The notes: generated by a model from the letters alone, not told the origin. Positions 9,752 to 20,315 are shown, numbered from the stretch's first letter. The stretch is DNA of 64,000 nucleotides from Ramlibacter sp. (GCA_041905405.1 JAYRLC010000023.1:15-64014); one strand, 5' to 3'. Numbers and translations are program-made.

Positions 9752-10054
9752 TCAGGCCTTCTTGCTCAGGCACTCGCTCATGAACTTCTTGCGCTCGTCG
9801 CCCTTGAGCGTCTTGGCTTTCTCGTCGGCGTTGCAGGCCTTCATCTTGTCCTGCTGCGTCACGGGGGCGGCGGGCTTGGCGCTCAGGCATTCCTTCATGA
9901 AGGCCTTGCGGTCGTCGCCCTTCTTGTCGCCGGCGTCCTTGTTGCAGGTGGTCATCTTGCTCTGCTGGGCGGTGGGTTTCTTGTCGTCAGCGGCGTGGGC
10001 GGCGCCCACGGAAAGGCACAGGCCGAGGGCCATCAGGGAAAGCAGCTTTTTCAT
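9752..10054 (-). CDS. psiF: PsiF-repeat periplasmic protein
   Basis: 100 aa with a signal peptide MKKLLSLMALGLCLSVGAAHA. Two copies of the C-x-(12-16)-(K/R)KxFMxECLS repeat. Only the 3-prime 303 nt of ORF 9752..11857 are real. Confidence 0.75.
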   Translation of the reverse strand: MKKLLSLMALGLCLSVGAAHAADDKKPTAQQSKMTTCNKDAGDKKGDDRKAFMKECLSAKPAAPVTQQDKMKACNADEKAKTLKGDERKKFMSECLSKKA

Positions 10055-10162
10055 GGGGTCTCCTGGACAGGTGTTGGGGTTGAGTGGTTGAACCCGCGAG
10101 GATTCGAGCACATAACGTGGGCAGCGGCAAGGCGGATGACGCCCCGCCCGTAAAATCCGCCG

Positions 10163-11848
10163 ATGCTCTCCGTCAAACAGGAATTGCTTGGCAGACTCGT
10201 TGCCGAGCTGGAACAGTTGTCGCCCGGCGCCGGCGCGCGCGCGGCTTTCGAGTCGCCCAAGGTCGCAGCGCATGGCGACTTTGCCTGCACGGCCGCCATG
10301 CAACTGGCCAAGCCGCTCAAGCTCAATCCGCGCCAGGTGGCCGAAAACCTGCGCACCGCGCTGCTCGCGACGCCCCCCTACGAGCAGTGGGTGGAGGCGA
10401 TCGACATTGCCGGGCCTGGATTCATCAACATCCGCCTGAAGCCTGCCGCCAAGCAGCAGATCGTGCGCGAGGTGCTGGCGGCGGCAGCCGCATTCGGCAG
10501 CCGGCCGGCGAACGGCCAGCGCATGATGGTCGAATTCGTGTCGGCCAATCCCACCGGCCCGCTGCACGTGGGCCACGGCCGCCAGGCCGCGCTGGGCGAC
10601 GCGATCTGCAACCTGTACACGACCCAAGGCTGGGACGTGCACCGCGAGTTCTATTACAACGACGCGGGCGTGCAGATTGCCACGCTGGCCAACTCGACCC
10701 AGCTGCGCGCGCAGGGCATCAAGCCCGGCGACCCGCAGTGGCCCGAAGCTGCCTACAACGGCGAATACATCCAGGACATCGCGAACGACTTCCTGGCGAA
10801 AAAGACCGTCAGGGCCGATGACCGTGAATTCACCGCCAGCGGCGATGCGGCCGACCTGGACGGCATCCGCCAGTTCGCCGTGGCCTACCTGCGCCATGAA
10901 CAGGATCTGGACCTCAAGGCGTTCCAGGTGAAGTTCGACAACTACTACCTGGAATCCAGCCTGTACACCAGCGGCAAGGTGGATGCCACGGTGAAAAAAC
11001 TCCAGGACGCCGGCAAGACCTACGAGCAGGACGGCGCGCTGTGGCTGCGGTCGACCGACTACGGCGACGACAAGGACCGCGTCATGCGCAAGTCCGACGG
11101 CACGTACACCTACTTCGTGCCCGACGTGGCGTACCACATCACCAAATGGGAGCGCGGCTTCCAGAAGGTGGTGAACATCCAGGGCACCGACCACCACGGC
11201 ACCATCGCGCGCGTGCGCGCCGGGCTGCAGGCCGCGGGCGTGGGCATCCCCCAGGGCTACCCCGACTACGTGCTGCACACCATGGTGCGCGTGATGAAGG
11301 GCGGCGAAGAGGTCAAGATCAGCAAGCGCGCCGGCAGCTACGTGACGCTGCGCGACCTGATCGAATGGACCAGCAAGGACGCCGTGCGCTTCTTCCTGCT
11401 CAGCCGCAAGCCCGACACCGAATACACATTCGACGTGGACCTGGCCGTCGCGCAGAACAACGACAACCCCGTCTACTACGTCCAGTACGCCCATGCGCGC
11501 ATCTGCTCGGTGCTGGCCGCGTGGCACGCCAAGGACGGTGGCGAGGTGGCGTCCCTGAAGGACGCCGATCTCTCGCCGCTCATCAGCCCGCAGGCCCAGG
11601 CGCTGATGCTGCAACTGGCCAAATACCCCGACATGCTGGCCGCCGCCGCGGCGGACTTCGCCCCGCACGACGTTACGTTCTACCTGCGCGAGCTGGCAGC
11701 GGGCTACCACAGCTACTACGACGCCGAGCGCATTCTGGTGGACGACGAGGCCGTCAAAAAGGCCCGGCTGGCCCTGGTCGCCGCCACGGCGCAGGTGTTG
11801 CACAATGGCCTGCAGGTGCTCGGTGTCAGCGCACCGCAGAAGATGTGA
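10163..11848 (+). CDS. argS: arginine--tRNA ligase
   Basis: 561 aa. [14 protein letters not shown] (HIGH region) and a KISKRAGS (KMSKS-like) motif. Confidence 0.95.
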   Translation: MLSVKQELLGRLVAELEQLSPGAGARAAFESPKVAAHGDFACTAAMQLAKPLKLNPRQVAENLRTALLATPPYEQWVEAIDIAGPGFINIRLKPAAKQQIVREVLAAAAAFGSRPANGQRMMVEFVSANPTGPLHVGHGRQAALGDAICNLYTTQGWDVHREFYYNDAGVQIATLANSTQLRAQGIKPGDPQWPEAAYNGEYIQDIANDFLAKKTVRADDREFTASGDAADLDGIRQFAVAYLRHEQDLDLKAFQVKFDNYYLESSLYTSGKVDATVKKLQDAGKTYEQDGALWLRSTDYGDDKDRVMRKSDGTYTYFVPDVAYHITKWERGFQKVVNIQGTDHHGTIARVRAGLQAAGVGIPQGYPDYVLHTMVRVMKGGEEVKISKRAGSYVTLRDLIEWTSKDAVRFFLLSRKPDTEYTFDVDLAVAQNNDNPVYYVQYAHARICSVLAAWHAKDGGEVASLKDADLSPLISPQAQALMLQLAKYPDMLAAAAADFAPHDVTFYLRELAAGYHSYYDAERILVDDEAVKKARLALVAATAQVLHNGLQVLGVSAPQKM

Positions 11849-11850
11849 AC

Positions 11851-12510
11851 ATGGCAACCATGAAACAACGCGGCAACCTCGTCCTTGGCCTGATCATCGG
11901 CGTCGTGATCGGCCTGGGTGCGGCACTGGCCGTGGCCGTTTACGTGACGAAAGTGCCCGTGCCCTTCATGAACAAGGGCACGAATCGCACCGCCGACCAG
12001 GACGCGGCCGAAGCCCGCAAGAACAAGGACTGGGATCCCAACGCGCCGCTGTACGGCAAGAACCCCGTGCGCCCCGCGCCCGCTGCATCTGGCGCCGTGA
12101 GCGAAGGGCCCGCGGCAGCCGCGTCCGCGCCCAGGGCCGGCGCGAGCGCACCGAAAACGGCCGACGGCAAAGAGACCAAGCCTGCCGTCACCGGCGGTGA
12201 CCCGCTGGGTGATCTGGCGCGCGCCAAGGCGGGCGGCGCGCCCGCGGCGGCCGGTGCTACCACCGGGGCGGACCCGTTCCTGTACTTCATCCAGGCCGGC
12301 GCCTTCCGTACGCCCGATGACGCCGAGGCACAGCGCGCCAAGCTGTCGCTGATCGGGCTGGAAGCCAAGGTCACCGAACGCGAGCAGTCCGGCCGCACGG
12401 TCTACCGCGTGCGCGTGGGTCCGTTCGAACGCAAGGAAGAGGCCGAAAAGCAGAAAGAACGGCTGGAGGCCAGCGGTGTTGAAACGGCGCTTGTTCGCCA
12501 GCAACGCTGA
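11851..12510 (+). CDS. SPOR-domain cell-division protein
   Basis: N-terminal TM helix, a P/A-rich linker, and a C-terminal FIQAGAFRTPDDAEAQRAKL...YRVRVGPFERKEEAEKQKERL SPOR fold. Confidence 0.85.
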   Translation: MATMKQRGNLVLGLIIGVVIGLGAALAVAVYVTKVPVPFMNKGTNRTADQDAAEARKNKDWDPNAPLYGKNPVRPAPAASGAVSEGPAAAASAPRAGASAPKTADGKETKPAVTGGDPLGDLARAKAGGAPAAAGATTGADPFLYFIQAGAFRTPDDAEAQRAKLSLIGLEAKVTEREQSGRTVYRVRVGPFERKEEAEKQKERLEASGVETALVRQQR

Positions 12511-12581
12511 AGGTTCCGCGCCCGCCGTGCTGAACTTTCCCCGGCACACCGGCTCAGACGACATTCAAGGAGTGAATTGAC

Positions 12582-13226
12582 ATGAAGCGACGCGATTTTT
12601 CCCTCGCAACGGTAGCCGCTGTGGCCGCCACGGGGCTGGCGCTGCCGGCGCATGCCCAGAAAAAGCCTGATGAAGGCGCGGACTACCTCGCGCTGGACAA
12701 GCGTGTGCCGGTCGAGGCGCCACAGGGCAAGGTCGAGGTGATTGAGTTCTTCTGGTACAGCTGCCCGCACTGCAACGCCTTTGAGCCCAAGCTGGAAGCC
12801 TGGATCAAGAAGAACCCGGCCGACGTCGTCGTGCGCCGCGTGCCGGTCGCCTTCCGCGACAGCTTCGTGCCGCAGCAGCGCCTGTTCTACACACTGGAGG
12901 CCATGGGCAAGGTTGACGAAGTGCACCGCAAGGTCTTCAACGCCATCCACGTGGACAAGCTGTCTCTGGACAAGGAAGACACCATCACCGCCTGGGTCGA
13001 AAAGCAGGGCGTGGACAAGGCCAAGTTCACCGAGCTGTACAACTCGTTCTGGGTGTCCACCAAGGCGCGTCGCGCGGCCCAGCTGCAGGACGCTTTCAAG
13101 GTCCAGGGCGTGCCTGCGCTGGGCATCGCCGGGCGCTGGTACACCGACGGCACGCTCGCCGGCACCATGGACCGTGCGCTTCAGGTCACCGACTACCTGA
13201 TCGCCGAAGCACGCAAGAGCAAGTAA
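12582..13226 (+). CDS. dsbA: thiol:disulfide interchange protein DsbA
   Basis: Signal peptide and the FFWYSCPHCNAFEP CPHC active site. Confidence 0.9.
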   Translation: MKRRDFSLATVAAVAATGLALPAHAQKKPDEGADYLALDKRVPVEAPQGKVEVIEFFWYSCPHCNAFEPKLEAWIKKNPADVVVRRVPVAFRDSFVPQQRLFYTLEAMGKVDEVHRKVFNAIHVDKLSLDKEDTITAWVEKQGVDKAKFTELYNSFWVSTKARRAAQLQDAFKVQGVPALGIAGRWYTDGTLAGTMDRALQVTDYLIAEARKSK

Positions 13227-13262
13227 TCAGCGTCACCGGCGGGTCGACAGCCCGCCGTCATG

Positions 13263-13289
13263 AAAAAGCCCGCACGCGCGGGCTTTTTA
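13263..13289 (+). terminator. rho-independent terminator after dsbA
   Basis: aaaaaGCCCGCacgcGCGGGCttttta. Confidence 0.65.
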
Positions 13290-13341
13290 CCTTGAGCGCC
13301 CGAAGTCGGCCGCTACAATGGCCAGCAAGATTCGTGCCGAT

Positions 13342-13965
13342 ATGAAACTTTCCTACGCCCCCCTTCTGATCGCAGCAGCCTGTGCACTGTCCGGGGGCGT
13401 GGCGCACGCCGAACGGGCCGACCGCAACAAGCCCATGAACATCGAAGCCGACGCGCTGCGCTACGACGACCTCAAGCAAACCAGCATCTTCACGGGCCGG
13501 GTCATCATGACCAAGGGCACCATCGTGATCCGCGGCGCGCGCGTGGACGTGCGCCAAGACGCAGAGGGCTACCAGTTCGGCACTGTCACGGCCGAGCCCG
13601 GCAAGCTCGCCTACTACCGCCAGAAACGCGAAGGCGTGGACGAATACATCGAGGGCGAGGCCGACAGTATCGAATACGACGGCCGCGCCGACCGCGTGCG
13701 CTTCATCCGCAACGCCGAGCTGCGCCGGCTGCGCGGGGCGACAGTGGCCGACGAAATGACCGGCAGCCTGATCGTGTACGACAACACCACCGACGTGTTC
13801 ACCGTGGATGGCAGCGTCACGGCGGCGGGCCAGCCGGCGGCGACCGGCGGGCGGGTGCGCGCCATCCTGACGCCGCGCGGCGCCGCATCCGCCGCCGCGC
13901 AGGCCGCCCCGGCCGCGCCGGCGCAACTGCGCCAGAGCACTACCATCGGCGGGGAGCGCAAGTGA
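13342..13965 (+). CDS. lptA: LPS export periplasmic protein LptA
   Basis: Signal peptide followed by [39 protein letters not shown], the OstA-like fold. Confidence 0.85.
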   Translation: MKLSYAPLLIAAACALSGGVAHAERADRNKPMNIEADALRYDDLKQTSIFTGRVIMTKGTIVIRGARVDVRQDAEGYQFGTVTAEPGKLAYYRQKREGVDEYIEGEADSIEYDGRADRVRFIRNAELRRLRGATVADEMTGSLIVYDNTTDVFTVDGSVTAAGQPAATGGRVRAILTPRGAASAAAQAAPAAPAQLRQSTTIGGERK

Positions 13966-14756
13966 CGGAAGGCGTTGCGGCCCTGTCCGAACCCGTCGCG
14001 CCGGCATCCGGCGGTGCGAGCCGGCTGGAAGCCCGGCACCTGCAGAAGTCCTACGGCAGCCGCAAGGTCGTCAAGGACGTGTCGCTGGCCGTGCAAAAGG
14101 GCGAAGTCGTGGGGCTGCTGGGGCCCAATGGCGCGGGCAAGACCACTTCGTTCTACATGATCGTGGGCCTGGTGCGGGCCGACGCGGGCGAGATTGCCAT
14201 CGATGGCCAGCCGGTGGAGCACATGCCGATCCATCGCCGCTCGCGCCTGGGCCTGAGCTACCTGCCACAGGAGGCGTCGATCTTCCGCAAGCTCAATGTC
14301 GAGGAAAACGTGCGCGCCGTGCTGGAGCTTCAGCGTGGCGAGGACGGCCGGCCGCTGGCCAGGGCCGTCATCAACGAACGCCTGGACGCGCTGCTGCAGG
14401 ACCTGCGCGTCGAGCATCTGCGCGGTTCGCCTTCGGTGGCGCTGTCCGGCGGCGAACGCCGACGCGTGGAGATCGCGCGTGCCCTGGCGACCCAGCCGCG
14501 CTTCATCCTGCTGGACGAGCCGTTTGCCGGCATCGACCCGATCGCCGTGATCGAGATCCAGCGCATCATCAGCTTCCTGAAGTCGCGCGGCATTGGCGTG
14601 CTCATCACCGACCACAACGTGCGCGAAACGCTGGGCATCTGCGATCACGCCTACATCATCAGCGACGGCCACGTGCTGGCGCAGGGAACCCCGTCGGAGA
14701 TCGTGAACAACGCGGACGTGCGGCGCGTGTACCTCGGCGAACACTTCCGCATGTGA
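13962..14756 (+). CDS. lptB: LPS export ABC ATPase LptB
   Basis: Walker [10 protein letters not shown], signature [15 protein letters not shown], Walker [14 protein letters not shown] overlap with lptA. Confidence 0.95.
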   Translation: MTEGVAALSEPVAPASGGASRLEARHLQKSYGSRKVVKDVSLAVQKGEVVGLLGPNGAGKTTSFYMIVGLVRADAGEIAIDGQPVEHMPIHRRSRLGLSYLPQEASIFRKLNVEENVRAVLELQRGEDGRPLARAVINERLDALLQDLRVEHLRGSPSVALSGGERRRVEIARALATQPRFILLDEPFAGIDPIAVIEIQRIISFLKSRGIGVLITDHNVRETLGICDHAYIISDGHVLAQGTPSEIVNNADVRRVYLGEHFRM

Positions 14757-14772
14757 TCCTGGGTTCTTGGTC

Positions 14773-16353
14773 ATGAAACAGGGTCTGTCGCTACGCGTCT
14801 CGCAGCATCTGGCATTGACGCCGCAGCTGCAGCAGTCCATCCGGCTGCTGCAGCTGTCCACGCTCGAGCTGAGCCAGGAAGTCGAGCAGATGCTGGACGA
14901 CAACCCGTTCCTGGAGCTGAACACCGACGAGGCGCCGCGCGAGGAATTCGGTCTGGCGCAGGCCGACACGCCGGTGCGCGAAGACGACCGCGAGGCCGAA
15001 TACGTGGCCGACCCCGTGAATGCGCCAGCGCAGGCCTCCGAATCCGTTGCGACTGCGGCTGCGGCTGCGGCTGAAGCAGATGCTCCTGCCGCCGCCGAGG
15101 GCGACGACCCGAGCTGGGACGGCGACGGCACCACCGAAATGGTGCCCGACGACGGTGAATGGGGCGGCGAGGCGCCCGCGCGCAAGAACAACGCGGGCGA
15201 GGACGGCGACATGGACGCCACCGAACTCGCCCGCGGCCATGAATCTTTGCAGGACCACCTGCACCGCCAGGCGCTGACGCTGCGGCTGTCGGCCGAGGAC
15301 AGCGCCGCGCTGCGCTTCCTGATCGAATCGCTCAACGACGACGGCTACCTGGAAGACTCGCTGGAGGAGCTGGCCATCAGCCTGGCGGGCCGCGACGACG
15401 AGCAGCTGGAAGAGTTGGTGCACCGTTTCACCGTGGCGCTGCGCCTGCTGCACCATCTGGAGCCGGCCGGTGTGGGCGCGCGCACGCTGGGCGAATGCCT
15501 CACGCTGCAGCTTCGCGCCCTGCAGGCCGGGGGTGATCCGCCGGATGCCTGCGACGCGGCGCTGCGCCTGTGCGCGCAGCCCATAGAACTGCTCGCGCGG
15601 CGCGACGTGAAGCGGCTGGCCCAGGCCACGGGTGACAGTGAGGCCGACGTCAAGGCCGCCATCGGCCTGATCACGCGGCTGGAGCCCAAGCCGGGCCGGC
15701 GTTTTACCGACGTGGAACGCAACATCGTGGTGCCTGACGTGATCGTCACGCGCGTGGGCCGCGCGTCGCAGCCCAAATTCCGGGTGCAGCTCAACGGCGA
15801 CGTCATGCCGCGCCTGCGCGTTCACGACATCTATGCCGGCGCGCTGAAGGCGCACAAGGGCGAGGGCCACCAGGCCCTGCAGCAGCGCCTGCAGGAGGCG
15901 CGCTGGTTCATCAAGAACATCCAGCAGCGCTTTGACACCATCCTGCGCGTGTCCAATGCGATCGTGGAACGGCAGAAGAACTTCTTCGTGCACGGCGAGC
16001 TGGCCATGCGGCCGCTGGTGCTGCGCGAGATCGCCGACGAGCTGGGCCTGCACGAGTCGACCATCAGCCGCGTGACCACGGCCAAATACATGTCCACGCC
16101 CTACGGCACCTTCGAGCTCAAGTACTTCTTCGGCTCGGCACTGGGAACGGAGACGGGCGGCAATGCGTCCAGCACGGCGGTGCGCGCGCTGATCAAACAG
16201 TTCGTGGCCAGCGAAAGCACCAAGAAGCCGCTGTCGGACAACCAGATCTCGGAGATGCTGAAAGAGCAGGGTATCGAGTGCGCGCGCCGCACGGTCGCCA
16301 AATACCGCGAGGCGTTGAAGATCGCGCCCGCGAACCTGCGAAAGGCGTTGTAG
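14773..16353 (+). CDS. rpoN: RNA polymerase sigma-54
   Basis: MKQGLSLRVSQHLALTPQLQQSIRLLQLS N-terminus and a C-terminal RpoN box ARRTVAKYRE. Confidence 0.95.
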   Translation: MKQGLSLRVSQHLALTPQLQQSIRLLQLSTLELSQEVEQMLDDNPFLELNTDEAPREEFGLAQADTPVREDDREAEYVADPVNAPAQASESVATAAAAAAEADAPAAAEGDDPSWDGDGTTEMVPDDGEWGGEAPARKNNAGEDGDMDATELARGHESLQDHLHRQALTLRLSAEDSAALRFLIESLNDDGYLEDSLEELAISLAGRDDEQLEELVHRFTVALRLLHHLEPAGVGARTLGECLTLQLRALQAGGDPPDACDAALRLCAQPIELLARRDVKRLAQATGDSEADVKAAIGLITRLEPKPGRRFTDVERNIVVPDVIVTRVGRASQPKFRVQLNGDVMPRLRVHDIYAGALKAHKGEGHQALQQRLQEARWFIKNIQQRFDTILRVSNAIVERQKNFFVHGELAMRPLVLREIADELGLHESTISRVTTAKYMSTPYGTFELKYFFGSALGTETGGNASSTAVRALIKQFVASESTKKPLSDNQISEMLKEQGIECARRTVAKYREALKIAPANLRKAL

Positions 16354-16362
16354 GCCAGCCTG

Positions 16363-16599
16363 TCAGCGTTCGTCGCCAGCGGCTGGCGGCGCATCGGGCG
16401 CGCGGCGCAACAGCCTGCGCGCCTCGCGGACGTTGCCGCGGCTGGCGCGCTGCTGGATAAAGGCTTCTGCGTCGAGCGCGGAAACCTTCTCGGCAACGGC
16501 CATGGCAATGAACTGGTTGAGCGATGTGTTGTCGCGCGCCGCCAGAGTTTTGGCGTAGTCGTGCAGCGAATCCGGCAGGCGCAGGGCAAAGTTACTCAT
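16363..16599 (-). CDS. ribbon-helix-helix (Arc/CopG-like) antitoxin-type protein
   Basis: MSNFALRLPDSLHDYAKTLAARDNTSLNQFIAMAVAEKV. Its start overlaps the stop of the upstream PIN gene by 8 nt. Confidence 0.65.
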   Translation of the reverse strand: MSNFALRLPDSLHDYAKTLAARDNTSLNQFIAMAVAEKVSALDAEAFIQQRASRGNVREARRLLRRAPDAPPAAGDER

Positions 16600-17029
16600 G
16601 ATGGCTCTCCAGAAGCTTCAGGAATTCAGCGGGCCTCAGTACGCGCAGCCCGAACCGGGGCGCAGCGGCGGCGAAATCCGCCGTGTTGTGGGTCACGAGC
16701 GCATGAGCCTGGCCGTTGACTGCCAGCTCCAGCACCATCTCGTCATTGGCGTCCCGCAGCTGGGGACGCCATAGGTAGTGCAGGCGTACTGGGACCGCGA
16801 ACTGGGCGAACGTGTCCAGCAGCACGTCCACCTCGGCGGCGCTGAAACCATGACGCAGAAGCTGTTGCTCGCGCTTCAGGACGGCTTCGTATTCGAGCCA
16901 CAGTGCCGGGGTGGCAAGCAGCGCAAATGTGCCGTCCAGCAAATGTTCAAGAATGCGGTTGGATGCGCCGTTGCGGCTCGAAAGGCCCGCAACCAGCACA
17001 TTGGTATCCAACGCGGCAAGCATTTTCAT
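16592..17029 (-). CDS. PIN-domain protein (PIN_3/TIGR00305-like toxin)
   Basis: LDTNVLVAG acidic N-terminal strand, ...DANDEMVLELAV..., THNTADF. The start is set at the ATG (MKML) inside ORF 16592..17053. Confidence 0.75.
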   Translation of the reverse strand: MKMLAALDTNVLVAGLSSRNGASNRILEHLLDGTFALLATPALWLEYEAVLKREQQLLRHGFSAAEVDVLLDTFAQFAVPVRLHYLWRPQLRDANDEMVLELAVNGQAHALVTHNTADFAAAAPRFGLRVLRPAEFLKLLESHHE

Positions 17030-17052
17030 GATGTTGCCTATAATATCATTCA

Positions 17053-18303
17053 ATGAATCAGTTGCAGCTCTTCCTGCCCTGCGCCGCCGGCGTCGAGGGC
17101 CTGCTGGCCGACGAGGTCCACGCCATCACGGGCCTGACGGGCGAAGACCTTTTGACCGGGCGCGGCGGGGTGCTGCTGCGGGCCTCGTGGCGCAACGCGT
17201 TGCAGCTGAACCTGCACAGCCGGCTCGCGCAGCGCGTGCTGGTGCAGCTGTCGCACACGATGTACCGCAGCGAAAATGACTTGTACGAAGCGGCGAGCGC
17301 GGTCGCCTGGGAAATCTGGTTCACCACGCGCCAGACTTTCAAGATCGAAGTTACCGCCCAGCACAGCCCGCTCAAAAGCCTGAACTTTGCGGCGCTGCGC
17401 GTGAAGGACGCCGTGGCCGACCGCTTCCGCCACAAGGGCGGCGAGCGCCCTAGCGTGGAAACGCGCTGGCCCGACGCGCGCATCCACCTGCACCTGACCA
17501 CCGACGAAGCCACGCTGTACATCGACACCTCGGGCGAGCCGCTGTTCAAGCGCGGCTGGCGCGAAGACAAAGGCGACGCCCCGCTGAAAGAGACGCTGGC
17601 CGCCGCCATGCTGGCCGCCAGCGGCTGGCCCAACCAGTGCGCCGACGGCGTGCCGCTGTACGACCCCTGCTGCGGCAGCGGCACCATCGCGATCGAGGCC
17701 GCGCAGATCGCCTGCGGCATCGCGGCCGGCTCGCTGCGCCGCTTCGCGTTCGAAAAGCTCCTGCCGTTCCAGGCGCACGTGTGGCAGGCGCTCAAGGCGC
17801 AGGCGCAGGCCGCACAGCATGCGCCTGCGGCGCCCGTGTTCGGCAGCGACGTGGCCCACCGCATGGTGGACTTCGCGCAGCGCAACGCGCAGCGCGCGGG
17901 TGTGGGCGACGTGGTGCAGCTGCGCGGCGGCGACGCGCTGCAGCGCATGCCGCCCACCGAAACGCCTGGCGTCATGCTGCTGAACCCCCCGTACGGCGAG
18001 CGGATCGAGGCCGGTGGCGTGGCGGGCGCGCAGCACCAGGCCCGCTTCGGCGCGCGCGAAGCCGCGCAGACCGAGGACGGTGGCGAGTTCTTCAGCCAGC
18101 TCGCCACGCACTGGAAGAAGAACTACCCCGGCTGGACCGCCTGGATGCTCACGCCCGACCTGAAGCTGCCGTCGAAGATGCGGCTGAAGGAGTCGCGTCG
18201 CGTGCCCATGTGGAACGGGCCGATCGAATGCCGGTTGTTCAGGTTCGACATGATCAAGGGGTCCGCGCGTGACAAGCCTGCCGCAGCAAACGATCGTACT
18301 TGA
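17053..18303 (+). CDS. THUMP-domain class I SAM-dependent RNA methyltransferase (RlmL-like)
   Basis: THUMP-like N-terminal half, LYDPCCGSGTIAIEAA SAM motif, LLNPPYGERI catalytic NPPY. Confidence 0.85.
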   Translation: MNQLQLFLPCAAGVEGLLADEVHAITGLTGEDLLTGRGGVLLRASWRNALQLNLHSRLAQRVLVQLSHTMYRSENDLYEAASAVAWEIWFTTRQTFKIEVTAQHSPLKSLNFAALRVKDAVADRFRHKGGERPSVETRWPDARIHLHLTTDEATLYIDTSGEPLFKRGWREDKGDAPLKETLAAAMLAASGWPNQCADGVPLYDPCCGSGTIAIEAAQIACGIAAGSLRRFAFEKLLPFQAHVWQALKAQAQAAQHAPAAPVFGSDVAHRMVDFAQRNAQRAGVGDVVQLRGGDALQRMPPTETPGVMLLNPPYGERIEAGGVAGAQHQARFGAREAAQTEDGGEFFSQLATHWKKNYPGWTAWMLTPDLKLPSKMRLKESRRVPMWNGPIECRLFRFDMIKGSARDKPAAANDRT

Positions 18304-18709
18304 CACCAACATCGTGCTGGACGCGTTTGTGTTCAGCGATGTGGCGGCGATCCCGGTGCGTGATGGCCTGGAATCCGGTGTCTTGCGCTGGATCGCCACC
18401 CAGCCCATGCGCGACGAATTGCAGCGCGTGCTGGCCTACCCGCAGATCGTGCCGCGCCTCACGTTCTACAAGCTGAGCGCGGACGACGTGCTCGCCCAAT
18501 TCGACCGCCACGCCCGCATCGTCGACATCGCCCCCAAGGCCGACATCACCTGCAAGGACGCCGACGACCAGAAGTTCATTGACCTGGCCGTGCAACACCG
18601 CGCGTTGCTGCTCAGCAAGGACGCCGCCGTGCTGACGATGGCCAAGCGGATGCTGGCGCGCAGCGCGGCGGTGTCTCGCGCCTGGACCCCCCTCACATCT
18701 GCAGCTTGA
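18269..18709 (+). CDS. PIN-domain protein (PIN_3/TIGR00305-like), orphan
   Basis: The GTG start lies 35 nt inside the 3-prime end of the methyltransferase gene. LDTNIVLDAF, ...CKDADDQKFIDLAV.... Confidence 0.7.
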   Translation: MTSLPQQTIVLDTNIVLDAFVFSDVAAIPVRDGLESGVLRWIATQPMRDELQRVLAYPQIVPRLTFYKLSADDVLAQFDRHARIVDIAPKADITCKDADDQKFIDLAVQHRALLLSKDAAVLTMAKRMLARSAAVSRAWTPLTSAA

Positions 18710-20315
18710 AGCTGTCGGCCCGTGCCTTGGGCCAGTAGAGCCTGAACACGTTGTGCAGCGTGCTGATGTCGCGGTCCAGCAGCGCGCCGGGCTCCACTTG
18801 CGGCAGCAGGTTGGCCAGCAGCCGCACTTCGGTGTTGTCCAGCCGCCGCACGATGTGGTGCGCCGTGATGTCGTTGGGGTGCTGCAGGCCCGCCGCCTGT
18901 ACCAGCTCCTTCAGCGCGTGCAGCGTGTTGCGGTGGTACTGATACACACGCTCGGCCTTGTCGGGCACGACCAGGGCCTTCTGCCTCAACGGGTCCTGCG
19001 TGGTCACGCCCGTGGGACAAAACCCCGTGTGGCAGGTCTGTGCCTGGATGCAACCCAGCGCGAACATGAAGCCGCGGCCCGCGTTGGACCAGTCGGCGCC
19101 CAGCGCCATCATGCGCGCGATGTCGAACGCGGTGATCACCTTGCCCGCGCAGCCCAGCTTGATGCGTTCGCGCAGGCCCACGCCCTTGAGCGTGTTGTGC
19201 ACGAGCAGCAGACCCTCTTGTAGCGGCGCGCCCACGTGGTCGCTGAATTCGAGCGGCGACGCGCCGGTGCCGCCCTCGGCACCGTCCACCACGATGTAGT
19301 CGGGCGTGATGCCGGTTTCCTGCATGGCCTTGACGATGCCGAACCATTCCCAAGGGTGGCCGATGCACAGCTTGAAGCCCGTGGGTTTGCCGCCGCTCAG
19401 GGTGCGCAGCCGCTCGATGAATTGCATCATCTCGATGGGCGTGCTGAACGCGCTGTGCGACGACGGCGACACGCAGTCCACGCCCATTGGCACGCCGCGC
19501 GCGGCCGCGATCTCGGCGGTGACCTTGGGGCCGGGCAGGATGCCGCCGTGCCCCGGCTTGGCGCCTTGGCTGAGCTTGAGCTCGATCATTCGCACCTGCG
19601 GGTCGGCCGCATTGGCGGCGAAGCGTTCCTCGCTGAAGCGGCCATCGTCGCCACGGCAGCCGAAGTAGCCCGAGCCGATTTCCCAGATCAGGTCGCCGCC
19701 GTTGGCGCGGTGGTACTGTGAGATGGAGCCTTCGCCCGTGTCGTGCGCGAAGTTGCCGCGCTTGGCACCGGCGTTCAGAGCCAGCACGGCGTTGGCCGAC
19801 AGTGCCCCGAAGCTCATGGCCGAAATGTTGAAGATGCTGCAGTTGTAGGGCTGCGCGCGGTCCGCGCCGATGGTCACGCGAAAGTCGTGTGAGCCCAGCC
19901 GCGTGGGCTGCATGGAATGGTTGATCCACTCGTAGCCCTGCGCGCCCACGTCCAGCTGCGTGCCGAACGGGCGATTGTCGGGCTCGCCCTTGGACCGCTG
20001 GTAGACCAGCGAGCGTTGCACGCGGGAAAACGGCTCGGCCTCACGATCGCTTTCGATGAAGTACTGCCGCATCTCGGGGCGGATGTACTCCAGTGCGAAG
20101 CGCAGGTGCCCGATGACCGGGTAGTTGCGCAGGATGGAGTGGCGCGCCTGGCGCAGGTCGTACACGCCCAGGGCGGTCAGGCCTGCGAACAGCAGCAGCG
20201 CGATCCAGCCCACGCCGAACGCGGCGAGGCTGAACAGGCTGAGCAGCGCGCCAAAGGCGCACAGGCCCAGGACGGTGTAGCGCACGGGGTAGTGGTGGTC
20301 TAGTTGATTGAGCAT
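18693..20315 (-). CDS. FMN-binding glutamate synthase-family protein (GltB domain-2-like) with an N-terminal membrane anchor
   Basis: 540 aa. ...ISAMSFGALS..., GEGS..., LKLSQGAKPGHGG, IVVDGAEGGTGASP motifs. Confidence 0.9.
   Translation of the reverse strand: MLNQLDHHYPVRYTVLGLCAFGALLSLFSLAAFGVGWIALLLFAGLTALGVYDLRQARHSILRNYPVIGHLRFALEYIRPEMRQYFIESDREAEPFSRVQRSLVYQRSKGEPDNRPFGTQLDVGAQGYEWINHSMQPTRLGSHDFRVTIGADRAQPYNCSIFNISAMSFGALSANAVLALNAGAKRGNFAHDTGEGSISQYHRANGGDLIWEIGSGYFGCRGDDGRFSEERFAANAADPQVRMIELKLSQGAKPGHGGILPGPKVTAEIAAARGVPMGVDCVSPSSHSAFSTPIEMMQFIERLRTLSGGKPTGFKLCIGHPWEWFGIVKAMQETGITPDYIVVDGAEGGTGASPLEFSDHVGAPLQEGLLLVHNTLKGVGLRERIKLGCAGKVITAFDIARMMALGADWSNAGRGFMFALGCIQAQTCHTGFCPTGVTTQDPLRQKALVVPDKAERVYQYHRNTLHALKELVQAAGLQHPNDITAHHIVRRLDNTEVRLLANLLPQVEPGALLDRDISTLHNVFRLYWPKARADSFKLQM

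Noticed and set aside
10055-11857. The upstream 600 codons of minus-strand ORF 9752..11857.
   Set aside because: They are antisense to argS. Only the last 100 codons, starting at the Met with a signal peptide, form a sensible protein (PsiF-like).
13614-15335. 573-aa minus-strand ORF.
   Set aside because: It is antisense to lptB and rpoN, both of which have clear catalytic or signature motifs.
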